Part shown: positions 52,033 through 58,251 of the stretch, piece after piece
Layout: every line of letters starts with the position of its first letter
Numbering within the stretch: the first letter of the stretch is position 1
Assembly (NCBI GenBank): GCA_036252775.1
Contig: DASYID010000114.1
Span: 1-58,251 of the forward strand
Reading direction: 5' to 3'
DNA length: 58,251 nt
Source of the DNA: Solirubrobacteraceae bacterium
GTDB taxonomy: Bacteria > Actinomycetota > Thermoleophilia > Solirubrobacterales > Solirubrobacteraceae
Made by a program: the position numbers and the translations under genes
The notes under the pieces: generated by a model
What the model was told of the DNA's origin: nothing
The model's database searches: none
Seen by the model: only the letters and a program-made list of their open reading frames with translations

Positions 52033-53136
52033 ATGTCAGTAGTTGAGCTGCAGGAACTCGAAGAGGTAAAGGGCCTGATGAACAAGGGCCAGCAGGTCGG
52101 CGTGCTCACCTACGCCGAGATCGCTGGGGCCGTGTCCGAGCTCGACCTCGACGAGTCAGACGTCGAAGAGCTCCACGGCCTGTTCGAGAAGTCCGAGATC
52201 GAGCTCGTCGAGGAGATCGATCCGGCCACCGCCGTGGCCAACGAGGTCGAGCGCGCCCCGGACAAGCGGGGTCGGCGCAAGGCCAAGACCGCGCTTGACC
52301 TCAAGCCGGACATGACCACCGATTCGCTGCAGCTCTTCCTCAAGGACATCGGCAAGGTTCGACTGCTGACCGCCCAGGAGGAGGTTGACCTGGCCAAGCG
52401 CATCGAGCGCGGTGACCTCGACGCCAAGCAGAAGATGGTCGAGTCCAACCTGCGCCTGGTCGTGTCGATCGCCAAGAACTACCGCAACCAGGGCCTGCCG
52501 TTCCTGGACCTGATCCAGGAGGGGACGCTGGGCCTGGTCCGCGCCGCGGAGAAGTTCGACTACCGCAAGGGCTTTAAGTTCTCCACCTACGCCACCTGGT
52601 GGATCCGCCAGGCCATCGCCCGCGCGCTGGCCGACAAGGCACGCACCATCCGCATCCCCGTCCACGTCGTGGAGAAGCTCAACAAGATCGGCCGCGCCGA
52701 GCGCAAGCTGGTCACCGAGCTCGGCCGTGAGCCGACCGCCGACGAGATCGCCGAGGTGACCGGCATCGACCCCGAGGAGGTCGACTCGATCAAGCGCTCG
52801 GCCCAGGCCCCGGTTTCGCTGGAGAAGCCCGTGGGCGACGAGGAGGAGTCGGAGTTCGGCCAGTTCATCGCCGACGAGCGCGCCGAGTCTCCGTACGAGC
52901 GCGCCGCGGAGATCCTCACCAAGGAGGCGCTGCGCGAGGCTCTGGAGAACCTCTCCTATCGCGAGCGTCGCGTACTCGAGCTGCGCTATGGGCTGGGCGG
53001 GGAGCACCCCCGCACGCTGGATGAGGTCGGGCGGACCTTCAACGTCACGCGCGAGCGCATCCGCCAGATCGAGAACCAGTCGCTCAAGAAGCTCCAGAGC
53101 CTGGCCGAGGCACAGAAGCTCCGCGACGTCGCCTAG
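52033..53136 (+). CDS. rpoD: Primary (housekeeping) RNA polymerase sigma factor
   Basis: Region 2 is [36 protein letters not shown]. Region 4.2 is [20 protein letters not shown]. An acidic region 1 is present. Confidence 0.95.
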   Translation: MSVVELQELEEVKGLMNKGQQVGVLTYAEIAGAVSELDLDESDVEELHGLFEKSEIELVEEIDPATAVANEVERAPDKRGRRKAKTALDLKPDMTTDSLQLFLKDIGKVRLLTAQEEVDLAKRIERGDLDAKQKMVESNLRLVVSIAKNYRNQGLPFLDLIQEGTLGLVRAAEKFDYRKGFKFSTYATWWIRQAIARALADKARTIRIPVHVVEKLNKIGRAERKLVTELGREPTADEIAEVTGIDPEEVDSIKRSAQAPVSLEKPVGDEEESEFGQFIADERAESPYERAAEILTKEALREALENLSYRERRVLELRYGLGGEHPRTLDEVGRTFNVTRERIRQIENQSLKKLQSLAEAQKLRDVA

Positions 53137-53233
53137 CCGCGCCCTCGCCCACCCCTGACGCGCCGCTCGAACACCGGTCCGCCCCCGCCGCAGATGTTCA
53201 AGGGCGCCGTCCCCGGCGCCGAAGCCTGCCCCG

Positions 53234-54370
53234 ATGCTCGACGTCACCGCAGTCCTCACGGAGATGGTTGGTGCCGGGGGCTCTGACCTGCACCTCAAGG
53301 TGCCGGCGCCCCCCCTCGCCCGTGTCAACGGTGAGCTGACGCCCCTGCCCGGGCACCCGGCGTTGGATGACCGCGACACCGAGGGGGCCCTGCACGCGTT
53401 GCTGACCGACCCCGGCAAGCTCGAGGAGTTCGCGTCGGAGAACGAGGTCGACTTCTCCTTCCAGCTCGACGGCGTCGCACGCTTTCGCATCAACGCCTTT
53501 CGCCAGCGCGGCTCGGTGTCGATCGTCTGTCGGGCGATCCCCCACCGGATCTCCAGCGTCGCGGACCTCGCGCTGCCGGCGGTGGTCTCCGAGCTGGCCG
53601 AGGAGCAGCGCGGCATCGTGCTGTTGACCGGCACCACCGGGTCGGGCAAGTCCACCACCCTGGCGGCGATGATCGACCACATCAACGAGACCCGCGCCTG
53701 CCACGTGGTCACCATCGAGGACCCCATCGAGTTCCTGCACCGTGACAAGCGCTCGGTCATAAATCAGCGCGAGGTGGGGATGGACACCGTGTCCTTTCAG
53801 CGCGCCCTGCGCCGAGTGCTGCGCCAGGACCCCGACGTGATCCTGATCGGGGAGATGCGCGACGAGGAGACCGTTCACACCGCGCTGTCGGCGGCGGAGA
53901 CCGGGCACCTGGTGTTGTCCACCGTCCACACCGTCGACGCCGCCGAGACGGTCAACCGGATCATCGACTTCTTTCCCCCGCACATGCACGGCCAGGCCCG
54001 CGCCATGATCGCCGGCACGCTCAAGGGGGTCATCTCCCAGCGTCTGGTCCCCGCCGCCGACGGCGGCCGGGTGGCGGCGTGTGAGGTTCTGCGGATGACC
54101 GGCCGGGTGCGCGACATGATCATGGACCCGACCCAGACCGGACGGCTGACCGAGGTCATCTCCGAGGGGGCCTACTACGGCATGCAGACCTTCGACCAGG
54201 CGCTGTTCACCCACGTCAAGGCCGGGCGCATCACCTTCGAGCAGGCCGTGAAGATGGCCTCCAGCCCCCACGACTTCAAGCTCCTGCACGCCGCCGACGG
54301 CCGCCAGGGCACGACCATGGACGATGTGGCCAGCGCCGAGTCACGCCGCCAGATGCCGGCGGCGGTCTAG
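53234..54370 (+). CDS. pilT: Type IV pilus retraction ATPase PilT family
   Basis: The N-terminus is GGSDLHLKV, the Walker A is GTTGSGKST, the Asp box is LRQDPDVILIGEMRD and the His box is GHLVLSTVHT. Confidence 0.9.
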   Translation: MLDVTAVLTEMVGAGGSDLHLKVPAPPLARVNGELTPLPGHPALDDRDTEGALHALLTDPGKLEEFASENEVDFSFQLDGVARFRINAFRQRGSVSIVCRAIPHRISSVADLALPAVVSELAEEQRGIVLLTGTTGSGKSTTLAAMIDHINETRACHVVTIEDPIEFLHRDKRSVINQREVGMDTVSFQRALRRVLRQDPDVILIGEMRDEETVHTALSAAETGHLVLSTVHTVDAAETVNRIIDFFPPHMHGQARAMIAGTLKGVISQRLVPAADGGRVAACEVLRMTGRVRDMIMDPTQTGRLTEVISEGAYYGMQTFDQALFTHVKAGRITFEQAVKMASSPHDFKLLHAADGRQGTTMDDVASAESRRQMPAAV

Positions 54371-54421
54371 CCGCTGAGCCTCGCCGGGTGACCGGTCCTC
54401 CCCACTTCATTTGGTAAAGTT

Positions 54422-54784
54422 ATGAGCGTCATGGCCTCCGACGACGCCTGTCCGGTCTGCCGCACCGCCGACATCGTCTGCGGCAAGTGGACCCTGCTGC
54501 TGGTGCGCGACTTGGCGGAGGGCCGTTCTCGCTTCTGTGAGCTCGAGCGCTCGCTAGCGGGCATCAGCCCCCGCACCCTCTCGCTGCGCCTGCGCGCGCT
54601 GGAGGACGAGGGGATCGTCGAGCGCCACACCTACCCCGAGGTGCCGCCCCGCGTCGACTACGCCCTGACCGAGAAGGGCCGCGCACTGTTGCCGATCATC
54701 GAGGACATGCGTGCCTATGGCCGGCGCTGGCTGGCCGTGCCCGACAGCGCCGAGCGCCCCCAGCCCGTGGGAGCGGTCGCCTAG
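54422..54784 (+). CDS. HxlR-family winged-helix transcriptional regulator
   Basis: Motifs are CPVCRTADIVCGKWTLLLVRDL, LSLRLRALEDEGIVER and PPRVDYALTEKG. Confidence 0.9.
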   Translation: MSVMASDDACPVCRTADIVCGKWTLLLVRDLAEGRSRFCELERSLAGISPRTLSLRLRALEDEGIVERHTYPEVPPRVDYALTEKGRALLPIIEDMRAYGRRWLAVPDSAERPQPVGAVA

Positions 54785-54859
54785 GCATTCTCTCGCCGGG
54801 GCCCTGCAAGGGTCCCTGCGCGCGCAGGACCGCCGGCCCCCGGGGCGAAGACGGCGCCG

Positions 54860-56350
54860 ATGCGAGCCCCCGCCCTGCACGCCGCCCTGGCCGACTACTG
54901 CGAGCAGGCCGCCGACCTGTTGCACGCCCGGCGCGACGCCGGACAGGAGATCGCCTTTGACGTCGTGCCCGCCTCGGGCTCGCGCCGCCGCGGCCTGGCG
55001 CTGTACTGCTACCGGCCGCTGACCGAGGACTTCGTCGCCCAGCACAGCGGCGATCTGGCGCGCCTGCCCAGTCACGCCTCCGCGCTGCGGGCCCTCCAGC
55101 CGCTGCCCGGCCTCGCCGCCTACCTGCGCGCCCGCGGAGTGCGCCACCCGCCGGCCGAGCCGTCCGCCGCCGCCCGGGCCGCGCTGGGAGTGCTCTTAGA
55201 CCAGGTGTTCGATCAGGCCACCGACTTTCAGCTCTCACCCGAGCGCTTCGAGCGCGCCTACATGCTGCTCGAGGCCAGCGTGCTCGAGGGCCAGCGCCAG
55301 CTCGAGCTCGCCGCGGTCGTGCGCGGGATGGTGATCGCCGCCCCGCGCGTGGAGCTTGGGGATGGGCTCGAGCTCATGCATCTGGGCCAGCTCGAGGGCG
55401 CTCCCCCTGAGCTTGCCGACCCCGACCAGGGGCGGCTGATCGCGTTGTGGACCGGTCAGCGCGCCGAGTCCGCCCAGCGGCCGGTGACCGAGGCGCGTCG
55501 GCGCCTGCGACGCCTGCTCACCCCCCTGCGCCTCTACGGTGACGCCGAGGTGGCGCTCGAGCCGCTGGCCTGGCTGCGCATCGATGGCGGGCCCTGGGTG
55601 CCGATGGCGATCGATCCTCGCGCCCGAGCCCTGAACAACGCCACGATCGTGGCCGAGGGCCAGGAGGACGAGCTGCGCGCCTTCTGCAACCTGGTCACCC
55701 GCCGCACGCCGCAGGGCGGCGAGTTGGCGTGGGCGCTGCGCCGCTTCGAGTTTGGCTGCGAGCGCGCCAGCGGCGCCCAGGCCCTGACCGACTTCCTGGC
55801 CGCTCTGCGCGCTCTGCTCGAGCCCGAGGGCACCCACAGCGGCCGCCTGGCCGGACGTCTGGCCGTCCTGTGTGCGGTGCCCGACGAGCGTCGCGCCCTG
55901 GCCGACCGGGTCCTCGCCGGCGTGGAGCTCGAGCGCGCGCTGATCGCCGGCCTCGCGCCCGACGACGGCGCCGTCGAGGAGCTGGCCGACGAGCTGCGCG
56001 CCCATCTGCAGGCGCTGCTGCGCGACGTCCTGTGCGGGCACCTGGACTCTGACCTGCGCGCGATCGCCGACGCCCTGATCGAGCAGGACATCGAGGCCGA
56101 ATACCAGGCGGCCAACGCCCCGGACTACGACGACCCCGACGCCGGGCTCTACTACCCCTCCGAGTCGACCGAACCCGAGCCGACACACGACCTCCCGGCC
56201 GAACCGACGGTCGACCTCCCGGCCGAACCGACGGTCGATCTGCCGGCCGAGCCGACGGTCGACCTCGAGTCAGAACAGGAAGCGCTCGAGGGCGACCAGG
56301 CCACCCACCTCCTGGACCGAGGAGTCCAGGTGGGGCACGACGGTCGCTGA
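54860..56350 (+). CDS. Hypothetical protein (496 aa) with acidic C-terminal (DLPAEPTV)3 repeat
   Basis: It is a long ORF with a non-repetitive Leu/Ala/Arg-rich sequence and I recognise no family. It overlaps the convergent ArsA-like gene by 81 nt. Confidence 0.55.
   Translation: MRAPALHAALADYCEQAADLLHARRDAGQEIAFDVVPASGSRRRGLALYCYRPLTEDFVAQHSGDLARLPSHASALRALQPLPGLAAYLRARGVRHPPAEPSAAARAALGVLLDQVFDQATDFQLSPERFERAYMLLEASVLEGQRQLELAAVVRGMVIAAPRVELGDGLELMHLGQLEGAPPELADPDQGRLIALWTGQRAESAQRPVTEARRRLRRLLTPLRLYGDAEVALEPLAWLRIDGGPWVPMAIDPRARALNNATIVAEGQEDELRAFCNLVTRRTPQGGELAWALRRFEFGCERASGAQALTDFLAALRALLEPEGTHSGRLAGRLAVLCAVPDERRALADRVLAGVELERALIAGLAPDDGAVEELADELRAHLQALLRDVLCGHLDSDLRAIADALIEQDIEAEYQAANAPDYDDPDAGLYYPSESTEPEPTHDLPAEPTVDLPAEPTVDLPAEPTVDLESEQEALEGDQATHLLDRGVQVGHDGR
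56189..56260. repeat. 24-bp tandem repeat x3 (GACCTCCCGGCCGAACCGACGGTC)
   Basis: The units lie at 56189-56212, 56213-56236 (identical) and 56237-56260 (3 substitutions). Confidence 0.9.
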
Positions 56351-57382
56351 GTCGGCCATGGCCCGCTCCAGGCGCGCGATGCTCTCTCGGTCGCGCCGGG
56401 CCAGCACCGCGAAGTCCTCGAGGTTGGAAAGTGCGCGCTGGGTCAGGCTCGCGCCCACTCGTCCCTCCAGCACCGGCCGCGCCTGCGCCGGGTCGGCCGC
56501 GATCAGCTCGCCCGGATGGGCGCGATTGACGATCAGCGCCCCGTAGGGCATCCGCGCCTCGGCCAGGCGCTCGTGCAGGAACAGGGCCTCGGCCACCGGA
56601 CCGGGCTCGGGAGACGTGACGATCACAAACGTGGTCGCCGGGTCGCGCAGCAGCGCCGAGACTCCGGCGGAGCGCTCGCGAAAGCCCTCCAGCACCCCCG
56701 ACAAGGAGCCAAAGAACACCGAAAGGTCGTTGAGCAGGTCCACCCCGGTGAGCCGTTCGAGCACCTTGAACACCAGACCGGTGCCGCGTCCCACCACGCG
56801 ACCGGCCAGGCCGGAGGGGACCAGGAACATCCGGATCGCCCGCCCCTCCAGGAACTGGGTCACCCGGCTGGGGGCCTCGAGGAAGTCCAGCGCGTTGCGC
56901 GACGGGGGCGTGTCGAGCACCAGCACGTCGAAGCGACCGGACGCATGCAGCTCGTAGAGCTTGACCATCGCCGTGAACTCCTGCGAGCCGGCCACCGCCG
57001 AGGACAGCTCGTGGTAGATGCGGTTGGCGAGGATCTCGTCGCGCGCGCGCTCGTCGCCGGCCAGGCTGTCGATCAGGTCGTCGAAGGTGCGCTTGGGGTC
57101 GAGCATCATCGCCCACAGCTCGCCCTCGAGCTCCAGCCCGGCCGCCGCGAACAACTCGGGATCGACGCGTCGCGGCTCGTTGCCCAGCTCCTTGACCCCC
57201 AGGGCGCTGGCCAGCCGCCGGGCCGGGTCGATGGTCACCACCGCCACCCGCTGGCCCCGGGCGGCCAGGCCGGCCGCCATGGCGGCGGCGGTCGTGGTCT
57301 TGCCCACTCCGCCCGAGCCGACACAGACACAGATGCGGCTGTCGGCCAGCCGGCGGCCGGCGCGTGAGCGGCTCGCGCTCAC
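56270..57382 (-). CDS. ArsA/Get3-like P-loop ATPase
   Basis: The deviant Walker A is VGSGGVGKTT, followed by VVTIDPARRL and VLVLDTPPS. Confidence 0.9.
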   Translation of the reverse strand: MSASRSRAGRRLADSRICVCVGSGGVGKTTTAAAMAAGLAARGQRVAVVTIDPARRLASALGVKELGNEPRRVDPELFAAAGLELEGELWAMMLDPKRTFDDLIDSLAGDERARDEILANRIYHELSSAVAGSQEFTAMVKLYELHASGRFDVLVLDTPPSRNALDFLEAPSRVTQFLEGRAIRMFLVPSGLAGRVVGRGTGLVFKVLERLTGVDLLNDLSVFFGSLSGVLEGFRERSAGVSALLRDPATTFVIVTSPEPGPVAEALFLHERLAEARMPYGALIVNRAHPGELIAADPAQARPVLEGRVGASLTQRALSNLEDFAVLARRDRESIARLERAMADSATVVPHLDSSVQEVGGLVALERFLF

Positions 57383-58251
57383 AGGACCCGCTCCAGCCGG
57401 TCGGCCAGCACCCCGACCTCCTCGGCCGCCAGCTCCGAGCAGAACAGAAACGGAAGCGAGGCCGGGGTTACGCCGGTCGCGCGGCGCAGGCGGGCGATCT
57501 GGCGGCGCTGCTCGCGGGCCCGGTGATGGGAGGAGATGGCCGCCTGTACGGCGGCGGCGGCCGACCGGTCGGTCGCCGAGGCCCGGCTGGGGTCGTCCGC
57601 GGGGTTCACCGCGTCGGTCAGGGTGCGGACGTCCTCGACGCTGAAGCGCTGGGAGAGCACCTCGTTGACCACCACCCGGTCCAGGGCCAGTCCCATCTGC
57701 TCAGACAGCGATCGTTGCAGCGAGAGCGTCTCTGAGACCGGCATCTCACTGGGGGTGGCGACGGCCAGCACTCCGCTGAGGGCGGGGTCGGTCAGCGTGC
57801 GGTGGATGATCGTCGCCTGGCGATGGATGGGCCCCACGCGGGCCACGTCGGCAAACGTCCGTGGTGCCTGCAGCAGGGCCAGCGCGTGACCGGTGGCGGG
57901 AGCGTCGACGATCACCAGGTCATAGGGCTGGGCGCCGCGCGTGCGCCGCTGGTCTTGGGCGAGCTCCCACAGCTTGCCGACCGTCACGAGCTCGCGCAGG
58001 CCTGGTGTGGCGGCGGCCAAATAGCTGAACAGGCGGCTGGAGAGCAGGAGCTCGGCCAGGCCCCGCATCGGAAGCTGGTCGATCAGGTACTCCTCCAGCG
58101 CCACCTGGGGATCGACCGAGGTCCAGTACAGGTTGGGCGCGAGCTCGGTCTCGGGCGACTGGTCGCCAACGCCCTGGGCAGGATGCGGCTCGCTCGCGCC
58201 GGCCAGTGCCCGCGAGACGTCCTCGCGCCTGGCCACCTCGGCGACCACCGT
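57379..58251 (-). CDS. ArsA/Get3-like ATPase paralogue (N-terminus beyond window edge)
   Basis: LVIVDAPATGHALALL is present and the ORF is open to the window end. It shares a 4-nt overlap with the downstream paralogue. Confidence 0.85.
   Translation of the reverse strand, partial: TVVAEVARREDVSRALAGASEPHPAQGVGDQSPETELAPNLYWTSVDPQVALEEYLIDQLPMRGLAELLLSSRLFSYLAAATPGLRELVTVGKLWELAQDQRRTRGAQPYDLVIVDAPATGHALALLQAPRTFADVARVGPIHRQATIIHRTLTDPALSGVLAVATPSEMPVSETLSLQRSLSEQMGLALDRVVVNEVLSQRFSVEDVRTLTDAVNPADDPSRASATDRSAAAAVQAAISSHHRAREQRRQIARLRRATGVTPASLPFLFCSELAAEEVGVLADRLERVL

Noticed and set aside
52156-53760. A 534-aa ORF antisense to rpoD and pilT (also 53198-54289 on the minus strand).
   Set aside because: The opposite strand encodes unmistakable sigma-70 and PilT proteins. 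The antisense translations are low-complexity, so these are high-GC artefacts.
55695-57116. A 473-aa minus-strand ORF overlapping the 496-aa hypothetical gene and the ArsA-like gene out of frame.
   Set aside because: Its composition is extremely Arg/Pro/Gly-rich. It is incompatible with the P-loop ATPase frame, which has clear motifs.
1-58251. A search for mobile elements, prophage genes, toxin-antitoxin pairs or defence systems.
   Set aside because: I recognised no transposase, integrase, recombinase, phage structural, restriction-modification, Cas, or small paired toxin/antitoxin ORFs among the supported coding regions. The window looks like core chromosome with envelope and lipid accessory functions.

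Overview
This is a very GC-rich, gene-dense chromosomal segment with actinobacterial-type gene content (Thermoleophilia/Solirubrobacterales-like by gene content, which is inference only). I see no rRNA, tRNA, CRISPR array, transposase or integrase. Many long antisense or extended ORFs in the six-frame track are high-GC artefacts and are listed under rejected items.

Layout:
- 1-15.6 kb, cell-envelope polysaccharide neighbourhood: two PelF-like DUF3492/GT4 glycosyltransferases, a CE4 deacetylase, a 12-TM exporter candidate, a GT-C membrane glycosyltransferase, a priming polyprenyl-phosphate sugar transferase and a clan GH-A hydrolase with an upstream lipoprotein signal. Interspersed are cspA, arfB and a sensor kinase surrounded by three receiver proteins.
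- 16.8-30.7 kb, lipid-related block: acyl-CoA carboxyltransferase, acyl-CoA dehydrogenase, thiolase, WS/DGAT and an HSD10-like SDR (plus an unrelated DAHP synthase). It is bracketed by two secreted neutral-ceramidase-fold proteins.
- 30.8-44.3 kb, one co-directional, translationally coupled pentose-phosphate supercluster: ROK kinase, rpiB, tkt, tal-pgi fusion, gnd, zwf, opcA, GH15, pgl, histidine phosphatase.
- 44.3-58.3 kb: LLM oxidoreductase, glpX, moeA, a degenerate GGDEF protein, an RlpA-like gene, a Lys/Ala-repeat protein divergent from rpoD/sigA, pilT, an HxlR regulator, a repeat-tailed hypothetical protein and two ArsA/Get3-like ATPases.

Most notable non-ORF or unusual signals:
- A ydaO-type cyclic-di-AMP riboswitch in the RlpA-like gene leader.
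- An Arg-rich, tandem-repeat insertion of about 320 bp inside the catalytic domain of ceramidase 1.
- Tandem-repeat arrays on both flanks of ceramidase-like gene 2, one carrying operator-like palindromes.
- An in-frame lipoprotein signal peptide reachable only from a CTG codon.
- An aspartate-less (Glu) receiver protein.
- Repeated convergent gene pairs whose stop codons physically overlap.
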